DNA of 64,000 bases from Eledone cirrhosa (lineage: Eukaryota). The stretch is taken from contig OZ024761.1 in NCBI GenBank assembly GCA_964016885.1, positions 31,620,001-31,684,000 of the forward strand, given 5' to 3'. Shown here in pieces: positions 48,944-59,929 of the stretch. The position numbers were made by a program, and so were the translations under genes. Every line of letters begins with the position of its first letter. Position 1 is the stretch's first letter. The notes below the pieces were generated by a model. It was not told where the DNA came from, did no database searches, and saw nothing but the letters and a program-made list of their open reading frames with translations.

Positions 48944-49561
48944 GTTGGTGCTACTGGTAACATGTATCCCAGTACAACCTGTCTCATGATCGGGTCGTTG
49001 GCGACTAAACTGACAACCCCACCAAGGTTTCTTGGTGAGGGGGGTGACTTTGGACATCCTGCAGGACTAAAAACAAAACCTGTCAATGGGAAAAGGAGCT
49101 CTTAAGAATCAATGGCCATCCAAAATCACCGGGAGAGATGACCCCTTAGCCTTTGTCAAGGCAGAATTCTAGGAGAAGGAAAACTCTGATATAACACCTG
49201 CAAACCTGATGGTATCCAATGATGTTGACTTATTCTTCTTTTTGGTAAATATCATCTTGGTTAAGAGAGTGGGACTAGCTTTGTGCAGTGCTCACTAGCT
49301 TTGTGCTTTGCTCACTATAAAAGCTTCACGGCACAGGCATTGCTTTATATCTGGAGATCTCTGATCTCTCTACACTTGTCGTCACATGGTACCATGGGCC
49401 CAGCACTATGTGTCAATAATTGTCACAGGTGCAGTGTTTGTACCAGAGTTTTCAAGTCGCTGGCTGGGCTAAAAAGTCACACTCGTTCAGCACATCGGTA
49501 GGGGATCTCCTACATGGATATAAAGTAGTGGCCGTACTCGAAAACGAGTTGGCAGCCACCA
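48944..49561 (+). mobile_element. ~600-bp RTE-derived element, copy 3
   Basis: Head-to-tail with copy 2 across a TA/TG microsatellite. Encodes [26 protein letters not shown]. Carries small internal duplications. Confidence 0.78.
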
Positions 49562-49563
49562 TG

Positions 49564-49601
<38 letters not shown>

Positions 49602-49801
49602 TATGTATGTATGTATATATATATATATATAAATATATGTATGTATAAATATATATATATATAAATATATGTATGTATGTATAAATATATATATATATAA
49701 ATATATGTATGTATGTATAAATATATATATATAAATATATGTATGTATGTATAAATATATATATATAAATATATGTATATATATATATAAATATATGTAT
49801 G

Positions 49802-49839
<38 letters not shown>

Positions 49840-50067
49840 TATGTATATATATATATAAATATATGTATGTATATATATATATATAAATATATGTATGTAT
49901 ATATATATATAAATATATGTATGTATATATATATATAAATATATGTATGTATATATATATATAAATATATGTATGTATATATATATATAAATATATGTAT
50001 GTATATATATATATATATAAATATATGTATGTATGTATATATATATATATATATAAATATATGTATG

Positions 50068-50102
<35 letters not shown>

Positions 50103-51049
50103 CTATATGTATGTATATATATATATAAATATATGTATGTATATATATATAAATATATGTATGTATGTATATATATATAAATATATGTATGTATATATAT
50201 ATATATATAAATATATGTATGTATATATATATATATATAAATATATGTATGTATATATATATATAAATATATGTATGTATGTATATATATATATAAATAT
50301 ATGTATGTATGTATATATATATATAAATATATGTATGTATATATATATAAATATATGTATGTATGTATATATATATATAAATATATGTATGTATATATAT
50401 ATATATATAAATATATGTATGTATATATATATATATATAAATATATGTATGTATATATATATATATATAAATATATGTATGTATATATATATATATGTAT
50501 ATATGTGTACGTATATATGTATATATATATATATATAAACTTAAGAACATTAACAAAGAGAGGACAAGACAACGAACGACAAACAATTGTTTTAAGGGGA
50601 AACCTTCAAAATACAAACGAAGGACACAGAACTCGATTCTCATCGTCCGTTGAGGTGGACTTGGGCAGTTTTGACCCCTACCAAGTTACTGCTAGATCGA
50701 TCGGGGTCACAGCGTCTGATACAACCCAAACGCTGTCCTGTGGAGTAAGAGACGAGGAACAAAACATTACTTTATAGCAACTAAGCTACAACAAGTACAC
50801 ACAGAATCTTATGTGACGTCAAGGAAAAAGTGTGGTGCCTCTTATAGCACAAGAGTCATGAATGAAAAAGAAAAAGAGAAAGGAAGATTAGAAGAAAATA
50901 AGATATTATATATATATATATATAGGCGGCCAACCAGTCTGGAAACAGCTGGTCCTAACCGCCTTCGGGTCTTAAACATTTCTCTCTGCTTTTCAGCCTC
51001 TTGGATTGTGTTTACTATTATTCCTTTATTATATAACTTTTATGCAATT

Positions 51050-51109
51050 AACACCTGATGATGTCACCAGGATCCTACGGAACCTGGTCATTTAAATGTG
51101 CATAGTGTT
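51050..51109 (+). ncRNA. Hammerhead family B copy with GAAA mutated to UAAA
   Basis: AACAC-CUGAUGA-uguc ACCAGG..CCUGGU cauu-UAAA-UGUGCA-UA-GUGUU. The downstream flank also resembles the reverse complement of 38390-38437. Confidence 0.65.
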
Positions 51110-51169
51110 TGCTATAATAAATCTTTGAAGGAATTTCACCAGTCCAGGCTCTTGTCATTTTACTCAATA

Positions 51170-51208
<39 letters not shown>

Positions 51209-51259
51209 AAAATGAGGTTTTTTATTTTAAAAAAATGAGATGTCCTACAGAGATGAAAG

Positions 51260-51484
51260 TATAAGGAAAAGAAATCGAAAATGCAGCTGGAATCTTTTTA
51301 AGAATATTAATTTATGTCCTTTACCGGTTTCACACTTCTTATGCTTTTCAAAAGTGAGACAAACCAAAAACCCTCCATCTCAATTATACTTTTGAAAAGC
51401 ATAAGAACTGTGAAACCGGTAAAGGAAATATATAAATATTCTTAAAAAGACTCCAGCTGCATTTTCGATTTCTTTTCCTTATAT
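51260..51484. mobile_element. Fold-back short element, family C (single-arm copy at ~45300-45440)
   Basis: ~95-bp inverted arms around a ~30-bp spacer, each arm holding a U3-A8 hammerhead. Confidence 0.72.
51389..51424 (+). ncRNA. Hammerhead with UUGAAAA (U3-A8) core, family C, with a mirror copy at 51319-51354 (-)
   Basis: CUU-UUGAAAA-GCA uaagaac UGU-GAAA-CCGG-UA-AAG. Confidence 0.62.
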
Positions 51485-51570
51485 ATAAATATGTATATGT
51501 AAATATATATATATATATAAAGTAATAATAATAAATGTGAAGACTAAAATCCAAAGAGGGCTCGATAAGG

Positions 51571-51610
<40 letters not shown>

Positions 51611-51736
51611 TTAGAGCAAATATTTATTAAAATAACAGATTGAAGTTTAAGCAAAGAATCGCTACGGGTTAAGCAAAGAAGGGTGAAAGCAGCGATTCTT
51701 TGCTTAAACTTTAATCTGTTATTTTAATAAATATAT

Positions 51737-51928
51737 AATTGTTTCTACGTTTGGCACAAGGCCAGCAATTACCTCAGTGCATTACTGGTACTTTATATTA
51801 TCGACCCCCGTAAGGATGAAAGGCAAAGTTAACCTCGGCGAGATTTGAACTCGGATCATAAAGGGCCGTAACTCTATGCTGCAAAACATGGCGTCCGATC
51901 CTCTACAGATACTGCCAATCCACCGCCA
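51737..51928 (-). mobile_element. Same SINE family, full-length copy
   Basis: Matches the 21.3 kb copy end to end. Confidence 0.8.
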
Positions 51929-52123
51929 TTTTAATATGATATATATATATATAATGTATGTGTGTTTATATTATATTCTTTTTAGGGTGAACGCACGAGC
52001 CTTACGGGTTACGTTGCTGGGTTCACAATAGAAAATAAAAGGTTCTGAATTCGATTTCCAGAATTTTTTTCCTTTTTATAGTTTTTAATCGAGCTCTCAT
52101 TTTTGTTTTTTCTTCTTTTTCAG

Positions 52124-52177
52124 ACGTTTGTAAAATTGTGTTGCATGAGAGTGAAATTTTTCAAAAAGAAGTTTGAG
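52124..52177 (+). CDS. Voltage-gated proton channel (Hv family, Hv3-like), exon encoding end of S2 and the S2-S3 linker (TFVKLCCMRVKFFKKKFE)
   Basis: Strong acceptor (ttttgtttttttcttctttttcag) and donor (GAG|gtaagg). 54 nt, phase 0/0. Peptide aligns by eye with human Hv1 IIFKLFVFRLEFFHHKFE and joins in frame to the next exon. Confidence 0.9.
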
Positions 52178-52236
52178 GTAAGGGTTCGTTTTCTTTCTAT
52201 TCAATTTGAAAAATTTGATGTCGTCTTTGTTTAAAG

Positions 52237-53384
52237 CAGAGGTCGGCATCTTCATTGCCTCCACGGGCCGGACCGAGTATTAATGACGGATAGGGGGCCG
52301 GACGAAGGCCATAAAAGAATAATTATGGAAAATTACACAAGCTAAAATTTAATCACGACTGTTAACACTTAAAAATAATTTATATTAACCACAGATGAAT
52401 GTAGTAATGCGACGAATTTTTAATTGTGTTTTTGCTGACAAAGGTTTCACATCCGGTTAGTGGTGGACATTAGGTGGAGTGAATCAGTGGTGGTGTGGTG
52501 GACATTAGGTAGAGTAAATCAGTGGTGGTGTGGTGGACATTAGGTGGAGTGAATCAGTGGTGGTGGACATTAGGTGGAGTGAATCAGTGGTGGTGGACAT
52601 TAGGTGGAGTGAATCAGTGGTGGTTTGGTGGACATTAGGTAGAGTAAATCAGTGGTGGTGTGGTGGACATTAGGTGGAGTGAATCAGTGGTGGTGTGGTG
52701 GACATTAGGTGGAGTGAATCAGTGGTGGTGTGGTGGACATTGGGTGGAGTGAATCAGTGGTGGTGTGGTGGACATTAGGTAGAGTGAATCAGTGGTTGTG
52801 TGGTGGACATTAGGTGGAGTAAATCAGTGGTGGTGTGGTGGACATTAGGTGGAGTGGATCAGTGGTGGTGTGGTGGACATTAGGTGGAGTGGATCAGTGG
52901 TGGTGGACATTAGGTAGAGTGAATCAGTGGTGGTGTGGTGGATATTAGGTAGAGTGGATCAGTGGTGGTGTGGTGGACATTAGGTAGAGTGGATCAGTGG
53001 TGGTGTGGTGGATATTAGGTAGAGTGGATCAGTGGTGGTGTGGTGGACATTAGGTGGAGTGAATCAGTGGTGGTGTGGTGGACATTAGGTAGATCGGATC
53101 AGTGGTGGTGTGGTGGACATTAGGTGGAGTGAATCAGTGGTGGTGTGGTGGACATTAGGTGGAGTGAATCAGTGGTGGTGTGGTGGACATTAGGTGGAGT
53201 GAATCAGAAGATTTGTGGAAGAATGTAACAGCGGGACTTTTACTGTATTCGAAAGTCTCGTCTCTCATATTACAATAAATTTAAATTTTAAATAAACAAC
53301 TCATTGGACATTAGTTCTCGCGAACCGGTCAAAATCCCTTCGCGGGCCGCATCCGAGCCGCGGGTTGTAGGTTGCCGACCCCTG
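52237..53384. mobile_element. Non-autonomous hAT (Charlie-like) element carrying a minisatellite
   Basis: TIRs cagaggtcggca / tgccgacccctg, subterminal gggccg motifs, 8-bp TSD gtttaaag / gtttaagg (7 of 8 match). Confidence 0.85.
52459..53207. repeat. 35-bp (with 30-bp variant) minisatellite tggtggacattaggtggagtgaatcagtggtggtg, ~22 copies
   Basis: Direct reading. Confidence 0.95.
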
Positions 53385-53469
53385 GTTTAAGGGAAAGTGG
53401 TTTGATTTGAGACGATATATTAAAATTAAAACAGCCACATCGTGGAAAAACACAAATAAAAACTGGTAA

Positions 53470-53890
53470 TAGTGGTTTCTGATATAAGTACAAGGTCAAC
53501 ACTTTTAGGAGAGGGGAAAGTCGATTAAATAGACCCCAGTATGTTACTGGTACTTTATTTTATAGAATCATTATTATAATAATTGTTTCTACTTTTGGCT
53601 CAAGGCCAGCAATTATCCAATGTTTTACTGGCACTTTATTTTATCGACCCCGTAAGAATGAAAGGCAAAGTTAACCTCGGCGTCAAAGCATGGCGTCCGA
53701 CCCTCCACCAATACTGCCAATCCACCGAATCCTTATTATAGTAAGCAATTATCCCACTGTTACTTTATTTTATCGACCCCGTAAGGATGAAAGGCAAAGT
53801 TAACCTCGGCGGGATTTGAGCTCAGATCATAAATGGTAAATGGCCATAACTCTATCCGACCCTCCACCGATACTGCCAATCCACCGCCCT
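53470..53890 (-). mobile_element. Cluster of three SINE copies or fragments immediately upstream of the S3-S4 exon
   Basis: Three occurrences of (t)actttattttat. Two complete heads ending ctgccaatccaccg at ~53727 and ~53887. Confidence 0.78.
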
Positions 53891-53924
53891 AACAATTATT
53901 ATAATAATTATTATTATTTTGCAG

Positions 53925-54063
53925 GTTTTTGATGCGTTTATTGTGATCGCTTCTTTCGCCCTGGATTTTGTGTTCCTGGACAGCCAATGGTATGAGACGG
54001 GTAAAGATGCAAGTACTATTCTGGTTTTGTTGCTCCCTTGGCGCGTCGTTCGGATAGTAAACA
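53925..54063 (+). CDS. Hv channel exon encoding S3-S4 (VFDAFIVIASFALDFVFLDSQWYETGKDASTILVLLLPWRVVRIVN)
   Basis: ttattttgcag acceptor, A|gtaagt donor, 139 nt (phase 0/1). Matches Hv1 S3 (ILDAVVVVVSFILD) and S4 (LLILLRLWRVARIIN), with Leu-Pro in place of Arg-Leu (LPWRVVRIVN). Confidence 0.95.
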
Positions 54064-54292
54064 GTAAGTGAAACATACAGCGTCTCTTGTTGTTGTTACA
54101 CACTCGTGTGTGTGTGTTTATGTCTGTGTATATATATAATACTTTTCTCTTTCCCTTCATCTACCTACATATTTATCTATCTTTCTGGCAACCAATCAAT
54201 CTATCTTTCTATCTATCTACCTAATCATTTATCTCTCTCTCTATATATATATATATAATATAAGATCAAAAGATGGTTAAAAGAGTTCCAAG

Positions 54293-54363
54293 TATTTTAT
54301 TATGCGCATTTCAAAAACAAATATCATCATGAGATGATATCTGCGTTTTCATCAGATAAAATA
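54293..54363 (-). ncRNA. Minimal type I hammerhead ribozyme in PLE pLTR (intact core)
   Basis: Reverse complement: UAUUUUAU-CUGAUGA-long stem II (GAUAUCAUC/GAUGAUAUU)-GAAA-UGCGCA(palindrome)-UA-AUAAAAUA. Stem I is 8 bp. Confidence 0.88.
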
Positions 54364-55510
54364 GGGATACATGATATGAAGGTTAAAAAACACTTGTGAA
54401 TAGTGAAGTTTTAAATCAACATATGAAAAATAATTTAAGATTGATGTATGAGATTGGGAAAAAGTGATGGGGGTGGAAAAGGTAAGGAAGAGGAGGAGAT
54501 GAGAGTAAAGAATGGTGGGGAGGAGTATAAGAAGGAAGGATGAGAGAGGAGGAGAGATGGGTGATAGAGAGAGAGAGATAGCCTTTACAACTGAGAAAAA
54601 TATATATTGTCTCACAGAGAGAAGTTAAAAAGCCGTTGGAAGATAATAGATAATTTAAAAGAATTTGAAATTAAAAGTTGATGAAGAGAAAAAAAGGGGT
54701 TAAGAATAATATTAAATTAAGGTTTGTATATTGAAGGGTTTAATAATATGTGCGAGGAAAAGAAATTGTTAATATGTATTATTAAAATAAAAATATTAAT
54801 GTTATTAAGGATATAATGTGAACAGAAGTAGAAGTGTGGATGAGTTATGAATTTAGAGGAATTAGTTAGTGTTTAAGTTTGTTTTTATGTAATGTAATAT
54901 GTGTGCGTAATATATGTAAATAGTTTGTTTAAAAATGAGCGCAGAAAGCAAAGAAGAAAAGAATGTTTAAGGAAGAAAATATTTAACATCAAAATATATA
55001 TGTTTACGAAATATTTTCTAATGGTAATAATATAATATATTAAAGGAAATTAGTTAGGGTTTAAGTTTGTTTTTATGTATTGTAATATGTAAAAGTCAAA
55101 CGAGCATGAAAGGAAGAGATAAGGAACTTAAGGAAGAAAAATCTAACGTCAAAAAATGTTTGTTTACGAAGGACTATTAAAGGTAATACTATAATGTATT
55201 TAAAAGATAGTAATAATTTTTATGGCCAATGATATGAAGAAAGATGGAAGAGTGGATATGTTGTGGTGTGTAATAATAAGAATTGAGAAGTAGTTAGGAA
55301 GAAAAAGTACAGATTAGAGGTTAGAAATTACAAAGAGAAAGAAAAGAGGAAGAAAGGAAAGTGATAAAGAGGAATGATATTGAATGAGTAACTTGTATTA
55401 TATAATATATAATAAATAATATTGAAATAAGGTAGAAAGATGGGTATATTTTAATAAAATATATATAAGCCTTTGAGAAAAAGGATTTTAAACTAGTAAA
55501 GTATTAGATA

Positions 55511-57019
55511 TTAGCTGTATACTTTATGGAATGTTCTGTGGAATTTATGCAAGCAGAGAGAAAATAAATCAGTGCGTCTATTTATTATAGAATCTAAATT
55601 AGATATAATGGTAAATTTCTCAGATAGGCAAAGATTACACGTTCTGGATAGGGAGGCATTCAAGTAGGGAGAGGCAGAACAAACTTTCCTCCAAAGGATG
55701 TTATAGTTAATATTTTTGTCTTTCAAGGACCATATGAGTTCTGAGAGTGCCGTGTTAGTTCTTTTAAGTTGGTATCTAAAAGACGAATCGTGATGATAAA
55801 ATCTCACTTTGAATGAGGTGGAAGTGGAACCGAAATAGGTAAAGGAATTGGTATCAGTTATAACCTTACATTCATAGACTAAGTTTTTTTCAAGACAATG
55901 GTTATTGAGAGGACATTTAGTCTTAACAGGGCAATTACAATTGCGATTAGAGAAATTAACAGAGTTATTAACAAGTGACCTAGTGTTATGTATAGGAGGA
56001 ATTGGATTGGAGAAGTTATTTACGATAGGAATAATAGTTTCCTGATTTAGATTGGTATTATGAACATTCAACGAAGTTACGTTTGACGTCGTATTTGAGT
56101 TTGCAGAATCTAGCCTAGAGTTAACAATGACGTCGGGAGTACTACTGCTATTATTATGACACTTAGTGTTGGAAGGATGTGATTTAATATTTAATATTTT
56201 ATTGTTGTGTTTAGAGATAATGTTGGAGATGTTGGTGGAATAGGAAAAGTTTATTGTATGTTTGTTAAATATTTTACTATAGATATGTGAGGGAGGGAAG
56301 CATTTATCTAAGGCCCTAAAGAATAGTTTAGGAATATTATTATTAATAGAAATATAGAAAGGAGCATTATACCAGATTATATTTTTGTATCTAGGTCTTT
56401 TATTTAAGTTATTGGAATGATCATAATTAATTATTTTACTGTAAGACCTTCTAGGATTGGTTTCTTTATTGTATTTAATTTTATCAGGATAACCGGCTTT
56501 AGAAAGCGCATTATTATAGTAATTGGCGTTAGCATCAAAGATATTTTTATTAGAGGATAGGTTTGAGATTCTTTTTCCAATATTACTAACTATAGCATTT
56601 TTAATGTTAGTGGGATGGTTAGATTTAAAATTAACATAATTTAGATTCTCATTGTTTTTATGGTAAGGGTATTATAGGCCAGTGTCAAGATTAAGGGATA
56701 TATCCAAGAAGTTAGCTAGTTTGACGTTGTTATCAAATTCGATTTTAAGGTTATGTTGCTTAAAGAGATCACGTATATTGTTCTTAATAATATTAAGGTT
56801 AACTAAATTGCAATTTAAGATAGTAAAAAGTCCATTGTCACGATAAATTCCACCGCGAAGTTGAGGAATTATCCGATTTAAAGAATTCAAAATAAAAATA
56901 CCAATCAAATCAGTCAATTGCGATGAATCAGAAGCACCCATTGTGATATCAAAGTTGTTGGAGGTATCAGCTCTAGTCCAGTATTCATTGTTGAATTCTA
57001 AGATGGTTTTTCCTCGCAC
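55511..57019 (-). pseudogene. PLE RT-thumb-GIY-YIG ORF remnant (Naiad-like)
   Basis: My translation gives one continuous frame broken only by TAA at 56672-56674. Motifs: FDITMGASDSSQLTDLIG, GIYRDNGL (YRDD degenerated to YRDN), FLDISLNL, SNHP, IIWYNAPF..KCFPPSH..KIFNKHT, CNCPVKTKCPL (CxCx5C), VYEC..YFGST..FKVRFYHH, CNLCLSEK. Confidence 0.9.
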
Positions 57020-57409
57020 ATATTATTAAACCCTTCAATATACAAACCTTAATTTAATATTATTCTTAACCCCTTTTTCTCTTCATCAACTTTTAATTTC
57101 AAATTCTTTTAAATTATCTATTATCTTCCAACGGCTTTTTAACTTCTCTCTGTGAGACAATATATATTTTTCTCAGTTGTAAAAGCTCTCTCTCTCTCTA
57201 TCACCCATCTCTCCTCCTCTCTCATCCTTCCTTCTTATACTCCTCCCCCGCCATTCTTTACTGTCATCTCCTCCTCTTCCTTACCCTTTCCAACCGCCCC
57301 CTCCCTCACTTTTTCCCAATATCACACATCAATCTTAAATTATTTTTCATATGTTGATTTAAAACTTCACTATTCACAAGTGTTTTTTAACCTTCATATC
57401 ATGTATCCC

Positions 57410-57480
57410 TATTTTATCTGATGAAAACGCAGATATCATCCCATGATGATATTTGTTTTTGAAATGCGCAAAATAAAATA
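57410..57480 (+). ncRNA. Hammerhead copy in inverted pLTR, cleavage triplet mutated (UA to AA)
   Basis: tattttat-ctgatga-...-gaaa-tgcgca-aa-ataaaata. Same as the 54.3 kb copy except for loss of the conserved U16.1 and one loop base. Confidence 0.75.
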
Positions 57481-57605
57481 CTTGGAATTCTTTTAACCAT
57501 CTTTTGATCTTATATTATTTATACTCCAGTCCTACAAACTGTAGAGTGCTACTTATCCGATATTTGCATTGTTTTATTGTGCTACAATAAAACTCACCTC
57601 CTACA

Positions 57606-57650
<45 letters not shown>

Positions 57651-57846
57651 AAATAAATGTAATCTGAGTTTTTCGAATATTAATAATAATATTCGATTCG
57701 TTTGCAATTGTGTAGACAGCCCCCTTTTTAAAGCCATGTCAGTAGAATGAGCCCCTCATTCCTGCTCCTGTGTTGGCATGTAAACAGAACTGTAGACACC
57801 AATGTTTCTGGATATCACCCTTCATCAGTGCAGTTCACCTGCCAAC

Positions 57847-57890
<44 letters not shown>

Positions 57891-57939
57891 GCCTGTAACT
57901 ATCGACCTCTCTACCTAACTATTTATCTATCTACCCTCC

Positions 57940-58425
57940 TTCAAAAACGATGGAGAGGCCGTTTTCCTATGTGTTATGGCTATGGTGAAAAAGGTTATAT
58001 GGTGGACTAGGTTAAAAGGACTGAGGTCAGACACCTTTCTCTCCGGCGAGCAACTGATTCGTTTTTTTAAATATCATTTTGGAAGAAGAATCAGGATGGA
58101 GAGAGAGGTGCTGTACCCCAGCAAATTTTATAAAAGGTGGGTGAATGTGGCAAAGATGGCCCGAGTGGTTGGGCCTTCTCTCTATATGTAGGTTGAGGAA
58201 AAAGAGGAAGAGAGGAAGGGAGTACTCACTCTTGGAGCTCCTGGAGATGAGTGTAGTACATTTTTTCGAGGTGTGTACAACCCCTGTGTAACGCCTTCCC
58301 CCTATTGGGGATTTCAATTGTTATTTGTTATTTTATTAATAGTTTTATTTTCATATACCTGTATATAAACTCCCCATTTGTATTTGTCCCCTTATTTTGT
58401 GTCCTTGTGGCTAATAAAGAAATCT
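57940..58425 (+). mobile_element. 3' end of an L1/Tx1-like LINE
   Basis: ORF end MAMVKKVIWWTRLKG...FYKRWVNV* resembles the Tx1 ORF2 C-terminus. T-rich 3' UTR ending AATAAAGAAA, then (TCTA)n. Confidence 0.55.
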
Positions 58426-58447
58426 ATCTATCTATCCATCTATCCAG

Positions 58448-58563
58448 GTTTCCTTATGACTGTCAACAGGAAACACCACATAGAAATAATGACTGTAAGA
58501 AAATCCAAGAAGAAAGCAGACATGAAAATCATTAAATTACAGGCACTGATAAACGAAATCACA
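58448..58563 (+). CDS. Hv channel exon, post-S4 and coiled-coil-like region (S)FLMTVNRKHHIEIMTVRKSKKKADMKIIKLQALINEIT
   Basis: ctatccag acceptor, ACA|gtaagt donor, 116 nt. Phase 1/0 is compatible with the previous exon (A+GT=Ser). Open frame with an amphipathic helical pattern, as expected after S4. Confidence 0.85.
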
Positions 58564-58597
58564 GTAAGTAGTCGGAATTGAAACATTCATTAGGACT

Positions 58598-59612
58598 AAC
58601 ACTACTGTACTATACTGTACTGTACTATACTGTACTGTACTATACTGTACTGTACTGTACTGTACTACATTATACTATACTGTACTGTACTGTACTATAC
58701 TATACTGTACTCTACTTACTGTACTGTACTGTACTGTACTGTACTGTACTACATTATACTATACTGTACTATACTGTACTGTACTATACTGTACTGTACT
58801 GTACTATACTATACTGTACTCTACTGCATTGTACTGTACTGTACTGTACTGTACTGTACTACATTATACTATACTGTACTATACTGTACTACATTATACT
58901 ATACTGTACTATTATATCATACAACACTATACTATACTACATTACACTATATTACACCACACTAGAGTACACTACACAATACTATACTATAATAGACTAT
59001 ACTGTATTATACTTCACTACACTGTACTACACAACACTATACTATATCATACTACACTATAATACACTACACTATACTACACTACACTATGATATTCCAC
59101 GTTACACTATACTGTACTACACTACACTACACCATTCTACACCATTCTACACCATACTACACTCTACTACACCATACTACACCATATTACACCATACTAC
59201 ACTATACTACACTATACTACACTATACTACACTATACTACACTACACTACACTATACTATACTATACTATACTACACTATACTACACTATACTACACTAC
59301 ACTACACTATACTATACTACATTATACTGTACTATACTACACTACACTCCACTACACTCCACAACACCACACTACACCACACTACACTATACTCCACAAC
59401 GCCACACTACACCACACTACACTACACTCAACAACACTACACAACACCACACCACACCACACCACACTACACTACACTACACAACACCACACCACACCAC
59501 ACCACACCACACCACACCACACCACACCACACCACACCACACCACACCACACCACACCACACCACACCACACCACACTTCACCAAACCACACTACACCAC
59601 ACTAAACTACTC
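58598..59612. repeat. Pentanucleotide array grading CTGTA/CTATA to CTACA to CCACA
   Basis: Direct reading. Fills the intron between the third and fourth visible Hv exons. Confidence 0.95.
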
Positions 59613-59643
59613 TACATTCACGTATATTTTCCTTTTCTTCCAG

Positions 59644-59716
59644 CGAGATGTAGAGTTACTTGTAGCGCTAAGCAGAAGCCGCGGAGCCCCGGAGCATGAA
59701 ATAACTGCGTGTCTTT
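59644..59716 (+). CDS. Hv channel exon, C-terminal region RDVELLVALSRSRGAPEHEITACL
   Basis: ttttccttttcttccag acceptor, T|gtaagt donor, 73 nt, phase 0/1, in frame with the previous exon. Complex-sequence island between two satellites. Confidence 0.75.
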
Positions 59717-59929
59717 GTAAGTATTTTACAGACGAAACTTTATTGAATTCAGACAGAAGAACCAAATTGATTGGCCGAGTCGTTAAAACAGAGGTTCTTA
59801 AAGGGGTCGTAATAAATACCACAAGGCACTTTGTACAATATTTTAATTATTCAGCCAATCCACTCTGTCGTTTGTTCTTTAATGTTTTGAATCTTTTTAG
59901 TCTTTTTTTTTTCTTGTAAATGTGTTTCG

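Larger units (their letters stand above)
54255..57610 (-). mobile_element. 5'-truncated Penelope-like element (Naiad-type) with inverted pseudo-LTR, inside an Hv intron
   Basis: Minus-strand RT plus GIY-YIG frame at ~57010-55511. ~500-bp inverted repeats at 54255-54761 and 57008-57518, each carrying a hammerhead motif. Flanked by (TA)n on both sides. Confidence 0.9.

Noticed and set aside
55511-57019. Possible selenoprotein-type Naiad (in-frame UGA at Cys positions)
   Set aside because: My translation of the whole remnant shows no in-frame TGA. The only stop is a TAA, and the conserved Cys codons are ordinary.
57796-57832. Hammerhead-like CUGAUGAAGGG..UCCAGAAACAUU on the minus strand
   Set aside because: Stems I and III do not pair convincingly. 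Probably a decayed relative of the 33531 motif, so not counted.
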